Shown here: one piece after another, positions 1 through 7,950 of the stretch
Position numbering within the stretch: the first letter of the stretch is position 1
Layout: every line of letters starts with the position of its first letter
NCBI GenBank assembly: GCA_021735045.1
Contig: JAIPHU010000001.1
Coordinates: 60,001 to 92,000, forward strand
DNA from: Candidatus Omnitrophota bacterium
Lineage (GTDB): Bacteria > Omnitrophota > Gorgyraeia > Duberdicusellales > 4484-171
Direction of reading: 5' to 3'
DNA length: 32,000 bases
The notes under the pieces: generated by a model
Databases searched by the model: none
Told to the model about the DNA's origin: nothing
The model's input: the letters and a program-made list of their open reading frames with translations, nothing else
Translations under genes and position numbers: made by a program

Positions 1-600
1 GCTAAAGATGGATTAATGCCTGTAGATAAAAAAGCTAAAAAATTTTTGGAAAAAATAGGAGTTAAAAACTATAAAAATATTTCAGCTGATAAAGACTGTA
101 ACTATGAAAAGGAGATTGAGTTTGATATTACAAAGATTTCTCCTTATGTAGCATCTCCTCATGAGGTAGATAATGGAGTGCCGATTGAAGAAATTAAAGG
201 AAAAAAAATCGATCAGGCTTTTTTGGGAACATGTACTAATGGGCGTCTGGAAGATTTAAAAATAGCTGCAGAGATTTTAGCAAAAAATAAAATTCATCCT
301 CAGGTTAAATTTTTAGTCGCACCGGCTTCCCGAGCCATATTCCAAAAAGCGCTGGATAAAGGATATATAAAGAAATTTGTTGAATCCGGCGGAATCATTC
401 TGCCTACCGGGTGTGGTCCTTGTGTGGGAACTCATCAAGGGGTTTTAGCAGATGGGGAAGTAGCAATCTCTACAGCAAATAGAAATTTTAAAGGAAGAAT
501 GGGTAATCCGAAAGCTTTCATTTATTTAGCTTCTCCGGCAACAGTAGCAGCATCTGCGATTAAAGGAGAGATCGCTGACCCGCGAGAAGTCCTAAAATAG
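1..600 (+). CDS. Aconitase-family dehydratase large subunit, C-terminal part (LeuC/HacA-like); 5' end lies outside the window
   Basis: Frame 1 is open from base 1. Translated motifs GTCTNGRLEDL, CGPCVG and NRNFKGRMG are typical of 3-isopropylmalate/homoaconitate dehydratase large subunits. The matching small subunit is at 1661. Confidence 0.85.
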   Translation, partial: AKDGLMPVDKKAKKFLEKIGVKNYKNISADKDCNYEKEIEFDITKISPYVASPHEVDNGVPIEEIKGKKIDQAFLGTCTNGRLEDLKIAAEILAKNKIHPQVKFLVAPASRAIFQKALDKGYIKKFVESGGIILPTGCGPCVGTHQGVLADGEVAISTANRNFKGRMGNPKAFIYLASPATVAASAIKGEIADPREVLK

Positions 601-611
601 GGAGGTTTTTT

Positions 612-1658
612 ATGCGAATAAATGATATTTTAGAATTAGCTGAAACAAAGGGTGCCAGTGATATTCATTTTACAGTAGGACTTCCTCCGATTTTGCGAAT
701 AGATGGAGAGTTGATTATCACCGATCTGGAAACTTTAACTAAAGAGAGTTCTAAGTCATTAGTCTATAGTATGATTAACGATGAAAGAAAGGCTGCTTTT
801 GAAAAAAATCGAGAATTAGATTTTTCATTTACTTTACCGGATATGGACCGTTATAGGATAAACGTTCATTACCAACGAGGTAATGTCGAGGCAGCCTTAA
901 GAAGGGTCCCTAAAAAAATTCCTTCAATTGAATCATTAGGGCTGCCGGATATTGTTTTTGATTTAATAAAAAAACCAAATGGGCTAATTCTGGTTACCGG
1001 GCCAACTGGAACGGGAAAAAGTACAAGTTTAGCTGCTATGGTTGATTTTATTAACAAAAACAGAAAGGAACTTATTATCTCTATCGAAGATCCTATAGAG
1101 TTTGTCTATAAAAATCAAAAAAGTATTATTAAGCAGAGGGAGGTTTTTGCTGATACACACTCTTTTCCTGAAGCTTTAAAAAGAGGTCTTAGGCAGGATC
1201 CAGACGTTATGGTTGTAGGAGAAATGCGAGATCTTGAAACAATTACAACTGCCTTGACTGCGGCTGAGACTGGCCACCTTGTACTTGCTACTTTGCATAC
1301 ACCAGATGCTCCCCAAACGATACAAAGAATTATAGATGTTTTTCCCCCTCACCAACAAAGGCAAATAACAGTTCAACTTGCTGAAAGCCTACAGGCGGTT
1401 ATTTCACAAGTTTTATTACACCGGGCTGAAAAAAAGGGAAGAATATTAGCTACAGAAGTAATGGTTTCAACTCCAGGAATAAGAAACCTAATCAGGGAAA
1501 ATGATATCGCCCAAATTCCTTCTCTGATTCAGATGGGTGGACAACACGGAATGTATACTATGGATAAGTGCCTAAAAACTTTTTATAAGAAAGGATTGAT
1601 TACAAAAAAGGCAGCTTTAAGAAAAGTAAAAAATATAGCGGAGTTTAATAGCTTATAA
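612..1658 (+). CDS. pilT: Type IV pilus retraction ATPase PilT
   Basis: 348 aa, colinear with PilT. Walker A GPTGTGKST, Asp box DPDVMVVGEMRDLET, His box AAETGHLVLATLHT, and GIRNLIRE near the C-terminus. SD GGAGG at 601-605. Confidence 0.9.
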   Translation: MRINDILELAETKGASDIHFTVGLPPILRIDGELIITDLETLTKESSKSLVYSMINDERKAAFEKNRELDFSFTLPDMDRYRINVHYQRGNVEAALRRVPKKIPSIESLGLPDIVFDLIKKPNGLILVTGPTGTGKSTSLAAMVDFINKNRKELIISIEDPIEFVYKNQKSIIKQREVFADTHSFPEALKRGLRQDPDVMVVGEMRDLETITTALTAAETGHLVLATLHTPDAPQTIQRIIDVFPPHQQRQITVQLAESLQAVISQVLLHRAEKKGRILATEVMVSTPGIRNLIRENDIAQIPSLIQMGGQHGMYTMDKCLKTFYKKGLITKKAALRKVKNIAEFNSL

Positions 1659-1660
1659 AA

Positions 1661-2158
1661 ATGATTTTAAAAGGTAAACTATTTAAATTTGGTGATAATA
1701 TCAATACCGATTGGATAATTTCTGGTCGGTATAAATTTTCTATTACTGATATGAAAGAACTTTCCCGTTATTTATTTGAAGATATACGCCCCAATTTTTA
1801 TCAAGAACTTGTTGCTAATAAATCTATAATTGCCGCCGGTAATAATTTTGGAATGGGATCTTCTCGTGAGCAAGCACCCTGGGTTATAAAAGAAGCCGGA
1901 GTATTAGTTGTAGTAGCTAAAAGTTTTGCTCGGATTTTTTATCGCAATGCATTTAATATTGGACTCGCCTTGATAGAAGCAGATACTGATTTACTAAAGG
2001 AATCTGATAGGATAAATATTGATTTAGATAAAGGAAAAATTAAAAAAGAAGATAAACTAGTGTCTAAGTTTAATCCTTGGAATAATTTTCAAAAAGAATT
2101 GATAAAATCTGACGGAATTTTTAATTATTTAGAAAAGCATAAAGGATTTTCAATTTAA
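1661..2158 (+). CDS. Aconitase-family dehydratase small subunit (LeuD/HacB-like, short type)
   Basis: 165 aa with GNNFGMGSSREQAP (compare the LeuD GxNFGCGSSREHA motif). Starts 2 nt after the pilT stop. Confidence 0.8.
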   Translation: MILKGKLFKFGDNINTDWIISGRYKFSITDMKELSRYLFEDIRPNFYQELVANKSIIAAGNNFGMGSSREQAPWVIKEAGVLVVVAKSFARIFYRNAFNIGLALIEADTDLLKESDRINIDLDKGKIKKEDKLVSKFNPWNNFQKELIKSDGIFNYLEKHKGFSI

Positions 2159-2160
2159 TT

Positions 2161-3249
2161 ATGAGTTATAAAGTTACACTTATACCTGGTGATGGTATTG
2201 GCCCAGAAGTTACTCAAGCTGCTTTAATCTGTGTAGATGCTCTTGGCCTAGATATTGAGTGGGAAACAAAGATTGCTGGTAAAAGTTCAATGGATCAAGG
2301 CGGAGAATTGCTTCCTAAAGATACTATTGATTCGATTAAAAAGAATAAGGTGGCTTTAAAAGGGCCAATTACAACTCCGGTAGGTAGCGGTTTTCGGTCG
2401 ATTAATGTTGCTATAAGACAGCTTTTTGATCTATATGTATGCCTTAGGCCGATTAAATCTTTTAATAGTCCAAAGGCTTTGTATCAAGATATAGATCTAA
2501 TAGTAATTCGTGAAAATACCGAAGATCTTTATGCAGGGGTAGAGTTTAAAGAGAAAGACTCAGATACAGATAAATTGATTGAGATTATAAATAAAACTGC
2601 GCAGAAAAAGGTTAGGCCGGGTAGTGCGATATCTATTAAGCCAATATCAAGAAGTGCTTCAGAAAGGATTACAAAATTTGCTTTTGAGTATGCACTTGCT
2701 AATAAGCGAAAGAAGATTAGTTGTGTTCATAAAGCAAATATTATGAAATATAGTGATGGACTTTTTCTAGATAGTTTTATCCAGATTGCCCAAAACTACA
2801 AAGATAAGATTGAATATAATGATGTAATAGTTGATAATTTATCCATGCAGCTTACTCAAAGACCAGAAAATTTTGATATGCTAGTACTACCTAACCTTTA
2901 CGGAGATATAATTTCTGATTTAGGAGCGGGGTTGGTTGGGGGCCTTGGCCTTGCACCAGGAGCAAATATCGGCCAAAATATAGCTGTATTTGAACCGACT
3001 CATGGAAGTGCTCCTAGGCATGCTGGGAAAAATAAAGTAAATCCTGCCGCTACAATTTTATCAGCAGCTTTAATGATCAAATATTTAGGAGAAACAGAGA
3101 AAGCAATAAAATTAGAAAAAGCTGTTGCTGCGGTAGTTAAAGAAGGTAAGTTTTTAACTTATGATTTAAAAGCTGACCGTAATGACCCTAGTGCAGCTAC
3201 TACCCAAGAGTTTGCTGAAGCTGTGGCTAAAAAAATAAAAAGTTTCTAA
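2161..3249 (+). CDS. Isocitrate/homoisocitrate/isopropylmalate dehydrogenase family protein (IDH3-like)
   Basis: 362 aa with LIPGDGIGPEV, LKGPITTP, IRENTEDLYAG and NLYGDIISDL, characteristic of beta-decarboxylating dehydrogenases. LKGPxxTP is closer to NAD-IDH/HICDH than to LeuB. Confidence 0.8.
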   Translation: MSYKVTLIPGDGIGPEVTQAALICVDALGLDIEWETKIAGKSSMDQGGELLPKDTIDSIKKNKVALKGPITTPVGSGFRSINVAIRQLFDLYVCLRPIKSFNSPKALYQDIDLIVIRENTEDLYAGVEFKEKDSDTDKLIEIINKTAQKKVRPGSAISIKPISRSASERITKFAFEYALANKRKKISCVHKANIMKYSDGLFLDSFIQIAQNYKDKIEYNDVIVDNLSMQLTQRPENFDMLVLPNLYGDIISDLGAGLVGGLGLAPGANIGQNIAVFEPTHGSAPRHAGKNKVNPAATILSAALMIKYLGETEKAIKLEKAVAAVVKEGKFLTYDLKADRNDPSAATTQEFAEAVAKKIKSF

Positions 3250-3250
3250 A

Positions 3251-4141
3251 ATGATTAAAAAAATATCAATTATTGGAGCTGGAGGAGTAGGTTCCAATCT
3301 TGCCTTTAACATTTTAAATAATTTAAGTATTGAACAGCTTGTTTTATTAGATATAAATCATGATCAAGCTAAGGCAGTTGCCTGTGATCTAGAAGATACT
3401 CGTGGTATCTTAGATTTTTCAACTCAGATTAAAGGAGTTAAAAATTACTCAAAGATTAAAGATTCTGATATTGTTGTTTTTTCAGCAGGAATTCCTCGCA
3501 AGGAAGGGATGAGCCGTCTTGATTTGTTAAGAATAAATGCAGATATTGCTAAGGGGGCAGCTGCACAAATTAAAAAATATAGCCCAAAAAGCATTGTTAT
3601 TGCAATAACTAACCCTTTAGATATTATCACTTATTTAATTTTAAAAGAAACTAAGTTTTCTCCGAAAAAAGTTTTTGGAATGGGCTCTTCCCTGGATACA
3701 AGCCGTCTTCTTAATATTTTATCAAAAGAAACAGGAAAATCTGCTAGTTCTTGCCAAGCTTTTGTTTTTGGACCTCATAGTAAAGATATGATTGTTAATT
3801 CTACTGCCAGAAAGCAGAAAATTAGAAAAGGAACAAGAGAAACTGTTAAATATAGAGGAGCTAAGATTGTTAAGCTATTTAAAAATAAAAGTGCTGTTTT
3901 TGGCCCTTCGGTGGCTTGTTGTAAGTTAATTGAGGCAATTAGCCATAATAAAAGTCAGATAATTCCAGTATCAGTATTGTTAAATGGTGAATATGGCATA
4001 AAAAATATTTGTTTAGGTGCTCGTTGTCTTATAGATAGATCAGGTATTGCCAAGGTAATCGAAGAAGATTTGACTGTGGCCCAAAAAAGAAAGTTAAAAA
4101 AAATTAGTTTTTCCCTCAAAGAAACCCTCAAAAAAATCTAA
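3251..4141 (+). CDS. mdh: Malate (lactate-family) dehydrogenase
   Basis: N-terminal Rossmann motif IIGAGGVGS. GIPRKEGMSRLDLL has Arg at the MDH/LDH specificity position. Catalytic His lies in FGPHSKDM. Confidence 0.75.
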   Translation: MIKKISIIGAGGVGSNLAFNILNNLSIEQLVLLDINHDQAKAVACDLEDTRGILDFSTQIKGVKNYSKIKDSDIVVFSAGIPRKEGMSRLDLLRINADIAKGAAAQIKKYSPKSIVIAITNPLDIITYLILKETKFSPKKVFGMGSSLDTSRLLNILSKETGKSASSCQAFVFGPHSKDMIVNSTARKQKIRKGTRETVKYRGAKIVKLFKNKSAVFGPSVACCKLIEAISHNKSQIIPVSVLLNGEYGIKNICLGARCLIDRSGIAKVIEEDLTVAQKRKLKKISFSLKETLKKI

Positions 4142-4181
4142 CAGGAGTGGTTTAGTATTTTTTCTGTGCCGGCAAAAGCAT

Positions 4182-4210
4182 TTGACAGCCTTTAGTTTTA
4201 TCGCTACAAT
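4182..4210 (+). promoter_or_regulatory. Sigma70-like promoter, TTGACA-17 nt-TACAAT
   Basis: TTGACA at 4182-4187 and TACAAT at 4205-4210, with an exact 17-nt spacer. It sits immediately upstream of SD AAGGAG (4222-4227). Confidence 0.5.
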
Positions 4211-4233
4211 TATTCTTAAAAAAGGAGATAAGC

Positions 4234-4794
4234 ATCGTCAAAAAGCTTGTTATTTTTTTCTTTGTTTTTATTTGTTTGTCTATTTTTGAAAGTTTTGCTT
4301 TAGATAGTGTTGATGTTTTGTCAGGGTATCTTGAGGCAAATTTAGAAGAAAAAGATGAATATCGGGCTATCCCTTTATTGGTAGGATTAAATTTTAACGG
4401 TAATTCTTTTTTTGAAAGGGTCGGTTTGGATTTACCGGGACGGGTTGATTTTATTCTAGAACCGTTTGTTAATACTGTAGTTAATCCAGATAAAAATATC
4501 GAAGTCGGGTCAAATTTTCTCATTAAATACACCTTAACTTTAACAAAAAAAGTTCAGCCGTTTGTAAAGGCAGGAGCAGGGGTAGTTTATATGAGTCAAC
4601 ACACAAAAGAGCAATCTACTCAATATAATTTTTTGCCTCAGGCTGGAGGGGGAATTCAGTATTTTTTCAGTGATAGAGTTGCCTTAAATCTTGAATATCG
4701 TTATCGGCATCTCTCAAATGCTGGAGCTAAACATCCCAATAGCGGGATAGATTCGGATTTAATTTTATGTGGGTTGTCGTTTTATTTTAAATGA
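4234..4794 (+). CDS. PagL-like lipid A deacylase / acyloxyacyl hydrolase, outer-membrane beta-barrel; probable non-canonical ATC start (ORF track gives TTG 4276)
   Basis: C-terminal YRYRHLSNAG...NSGID...GLSFYF fits the PagL H-x-S-N catalytic motif and ends in an aromatic beta-barrel residue pattern. The signal-peptide-like IVKKLVIFFFVFICLSIFESFA is only encoded if translation starts upstream of 4276. Confidence 0.55.
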   Translation: MVKKLVIFFFVFICLSIFESFALDSVDVLSGYLEANLEEKDEYRAIPLLVGLNFNGNSFFERVGLDLPGRVDFILEPFVNTVVNPDKNIEVGSNFLIKYTLTLTKKVQPFVKAGAGVVYMSQHTKEQSTQYNFLPQAGGGIQYFFSDRVALNLEYRYRHLSNAGAKHPNSGIDSDLILCGLSFYFK

Positions 4795-5243
4795 TAAAAA
4801 AAATAACAATCGATAAAGCTAAAGAAGTTCAGCGGTTGATAAACTCAGCAGCTCGAGAGGGACAAGTTTTGGAGAGGTCCTTAAACTATATCTATGAAAA
4901 TATCAGAGATTTTCGGGTTTATAAAGAGGGAGAAAAGATAGTTGCTTGTTGTAGCTTACACGTTGTAGGCTGGCAGTCTTTAGCCGAGATAAAATCGCTA
5001 GTTGTTGACAAAGGTTATCGAAAAAAGAATATTGGGAAAAAGTTAGTAGCGGATTCCCTTAAGGAGGCAAAAAGCCTAGGGGTATCTAAGGTATTTGCTT
5101 TGACTTTTTCTTCCCGGTTTTTTAAAAAACAGGGTTTTAGCTTGATTGATAAAAATGATCTACCTCATAAAATTTGGACAGAATGCCTTAACTGTAAATA
5201 TTTTCCGGATTGTAAAGAAGAAGCTGTAATTATTAAAATATAA
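4791..5243 (+). CDS. GNAT N-acetyltransferase (short N-acetylglutamate-synthase-like)
   Basis: 150 aa. Acetyl-CoA motif VVDKGYRKKNIGKKLV and a C-terminal C-x2-C...C tail (ECLNCKYFPDC), as in short ArgA-like GNATs. ATGA overlap with the upstream gene. Confidence 0.7.
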   Translation: MIKKITIDKAKEVQRLINSAAREGQVLERSLNYIYENIRDFRVYKEGEKIVACCSLHVVGWQSLAEIKSLVVDKGYRKKNIGKKLVADSLKEAKSLGVSKVFALTFSSRFFKKQGFSLIDKNDLPHKIWTECLNCKYFPDCKEEAVIIKI

Positions 5244-5260
5244 AAATTAAGGAGGAAGCT

Positions 5261-6424
5261 ATGTTTCTTGTGGACCATAATTTAACTGAAGAGCAAAAAA
5301 TGCTAAGAGATTTAGTTCGTCAAATAGCTGAAGAAAAAATTAAACCATTTTCAAGCCAGATGGATGAAAAAGAAGAATTTCCTACTGAAATCATGAAAGT
5401 TTTAGCCCAATCAGACTTATTTTCTTTATGTATTCCTACTGAATACGGAGGTATGGGAACTGGACTTATGGATTTATGTATAGCTACTGAAGAAATTTCC
5501 CGTGTTGATGGAGGAGTTGCTGCTTCTTATGCTGCATCTTTTTTAGGGATGTTTCCTATTCTTTTGTTCGGGACCCAAGAGCAAAAGAAAAAATATTTGC
5601 CGGCTATTGCATCAGGAGAAAAACTAGCTGCGTTTGCTTTAACTGAACCTGAGGCTGGTTCCGATGCTTCTGCGGTAAAAACTACAGCAAAGTTAGAAGG
5701 TGATTCTTATATTTTAAACGGAACAAAGCATTTTATTACCAATGGTGGAGATGCTGAAATTTATACAGTTATTGCAGCAACAAATAAAAAAAGAGGGGCA
5801 CGCGGAATGTCTGCTTTTATTGTAGAAAAAGGTACAGAAGGATTTAATTTTGGCAAAAAAGAAGAAAAATTAGGTATTCGTGCTTCTTCAACCGGTGAGT
5901 TAATTTTTGATGATGCTAAAGTCCCTGCGAGCAATCTTCTGGGCCAACGAGAAGGCACTGGTTTTATTGCTACGATGAAGACTTTTGATCAATCAAGGCC
6001 AGGGGTTGCGGCTCAGGCAGTAGGAATAGCTCAGGGAGCGTTAGAGTCAGCTACCAGATATGCCCATCAACGCGTACAATTTGGCCAACCAATAACCTCT
6101 TTCCAAGGTATTCAATGGATGCTTGCTGATATGGCAACAAAAGTTGAAGCTGCCAGAAGTCTTGTTTATTCTACTGCTTCTATGGTTGATAGAGGCCTGA
6201 AATCTGTAGGAGGTGCTTCTGCAGCTGCTAAGCTTTTTGCTTCAGATATTGCTATGGAAGTTACAACTGATGCCGTCCAGATCTATGGCGGATATGGATA
6301 TATGAAAGAATATCCTGTAGAAAAGTTTATGCGTGATGCTAAAATTACCCAGATTTATGAAGGAACGAATCAAATACAAAAAGATATTATAGCTTTAAAC
6401 TTAATTAAAAAATACGCCAAGTAA
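5261..6424 (+). CDS. Acyl-CoA dehydrogenase (short/butyryl-CoA type)
   Basis: 387 aa with ALTEPEAGSD, the catalytic-base region YEGTNQIQ near the C-terminus, and QIYGGYGY. SD AAGGAGG lies upstream. Confidence 0.9.
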   Translation: MFLVDHNLTEEQKMLRDLVRQIAEEKIKPFSSQMDEKEEFPTEIMKVLAQSDLFSLCIPTEYGGMGTGLMDLCIATEEISRVDGGVAASYAASFLGMFPILLFGTQEQKKKYLPAIASGEKLAAFALTEPEAGSDASAVKTTAKLEGDSYILNGTKHFITNGGDAEIYTVIAATNKKRGARGMSAFIVEKGTEGFNFGKKEEKLGIRASSTGELIFDDAKVPASNLLGQREGTGFIATMKTFDQSRPGVAAQAVGIAQGALESATRYAHQRVQFGQPITSFQGIQWMLADMATKVEAARSLVYSTASMVDRGLKSVGGASAAAKLFASDIAMEVTTDAVQIYGGYGYMKEYPVEKFMRDAKITQIYEGTNQIQKDIIALNLIKKYAK

Positions 6425-6431
6425 ATCATTA

Positions 6432-6509
6432 GCGAATGTACGAATCTTTTGCGAATATACGAATAAGTATTATACTATTCGTAAATTCGTACAGATTAGT
6501 AAATTCGTA
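6432..6509. promoter_or_regulatory. Array of seven CGAAT/ATTCG motifs forming a long imperfect palindrome over a putative aroK promoter (TTGCGA-16-TATACT)
   Basis: CGAAT at 6433, 6441, 6452 and 6460; ATTCG at 6477, 6485 and 6503. Palindrome centre at 6471. TTGCGA at 6449-6454 and TATACT at 6471-6476. Confidence 0.45.
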
Positions 6510-6525
6510 GATAAGGATATTTTTT

Positions 6526-7032
6526 ATGAGGAACATTTATTTAGTGGGCTTTATGGGTACAGGAAAAACTGCTGTAGGTAGAGTTTTAGCCGACAAGCTC
6601 TCAAGAAGATTTGTTGAGATGGATCAACTAATAGAAAAGCAAGAAAACAAAGAAATTAAGGATATTTTTGCAGAAAATGGCCAAGAGTATTTTCGTAAAT
6701 TAGAAAATCAATTATTAAAAAAATTGTCTTCTCAGTCAAATCTAGTTGTTAGTTGCGGCGGAGGGGTTGTTTGCAATCAAGATAATTTAGATATTTTACA
6801 AAATACAGGCTATGTGTTTTCACTTTCTGCTTCGCCAAATTCAATTTTTGAGAGGATTAAAGGATCTAACCATAGGCCTCTTTTAAATGGGGCAAATCCT
6901 TTAGAGAAAATAAAAGAGCTTTTAGAAATTAGAAAACTTTTTTATAAAAAAGCGGGTATAAAAATAGATACAGACAATCTTTCTGTTGAAGATGTTGCTG
7001 ATTATATTTTAAAATTGTTAGAAAATGGCTAA
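6526..7032 (+). CDS. aroK: Shikimate kinase
   Basis: 168 aa with P-loop GFMGTGKTAVGR and SCGGGVV. Confidence 0.9.
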   Translation: MRNIYLVGFMGTGKTAVGRVLADKLSRRFVEMDQLIEKQENKEIKDIFAENGQEYFRKLENQLLKKLSSQSNLVVSCGGGVVCNQDNLDILQNTGYVFSLSASPNSIFERIKGSNHRPLLNGANPLEKIKELLEIRKLFYKKAGIKIDTDNLSVEDVADYILKLLENG

Positions 7033-7930
7033 AAAAAGCTCTATATTATTGAATCTAGCCGGGATCGGGCCTACCAAAGTTAAAAAAATAGTTGAGTGTT
7101 TATCTGATTTAGATGATATTTTAAAGTTAAAAAATTCGGATTTTAGAAATTTTTCTTTTTTAAGAAAAAAAGATATTGATCGAATAATTTCCTTAAAAAA
7201 CTCAACTCTTCTAGAAGATGAATTAAAATTAATAGAAAAATATAAGTTAAAAGTTATAGATCTTTTTGATTCAAATTATCCTTATTATCTGAAAGAAATA
7301 AGTTCGCCACCTTTAGTTTTATATACAAAAGGAGATATTAACCTTTTAGGTAAAGAATCCGTTGCCATTGTGGGAACACGAACTCCCACTAGCTATGGGA
7401 AAGAAATTGCCTTTGATTTTTCTTATAAGCTTGGTTCATTGGGTGTAAATATAGTTTCTGGTTTAGCCTTAGGAATAGATAGTTCAGCGCATAAAGGTGT
7501 GCTGAAAGCCGGTGGATCTACGGTAGCAGTGTTGGGAAGCGGATTAAGCTATATTTATCCGCGTCAAAATAAAAGATTAGCGGAATCAATCGCAAAAGAA
7601 GGCTTATTAGTTTCTGAATATCCAGTAAAAACTGTGCCTTTAGCCTCTAATTTTCCTCGGCGAAATAGAATTATCAGTGGTTTGTCACAAGGTATAGTTG
7701 TGATAGAAGCAGCTCAGCGCAGTGGTGCTTTAATTACCGCTAATTTTGCCCTAGGGCAAAATCGAGAAGTGTTTGCAGTCCCCGGTAGAATAAGTGATTT
7801 TCAAAGCAAGGGTCCGAATTCTTTAATTAAGGAAGGAGCAAAATTAGTAGATTCGATTGAAGATATACTAGAGGAAATAAACCTGTCAATGGTAGAACCT
7901 AAAGGTTCAAGGTTAAAGGTTCAAGATTAA
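7025..7930 (+). CDS. dprA: DNA processing protein DprA (Smf)
   Basis: 301 aa with IVGTRTPTSYG, GLALGIDSSAHKG, FPRRNRIISGLS and RSGALITA. 8-nt overlap with aroK. Confidence 0.9.
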   Translation: MAKKSSILLNLAGIGPTKVKKIVECLSDLDDILKLKNSDFRNFSFLRKKDIDRIISLKNSTLLEDELKLIEKYKLKVIDLFDSNYPYYLKEISSPPLVLYTKGDINLLGKESVAIVGTRTPTSYGKEIAFDFSYKLGSLGVNIVSGLALGIDSSAHKGVLKAGGSTVAVLGSGLSYIYPRQNKRLAESIAKEGLLVSEYPVKTVPLASNFPRRNRIISGLSQGIVVIEAAQRSGALITANFALGQNREVFAVPGRISDFQSKGPNSLIKEGAKLVDSIEDILEEINLSMVEPKGSRLKVQD

Positions 7931-7950
7931 AACGCTAAAACGTGGTAAAC

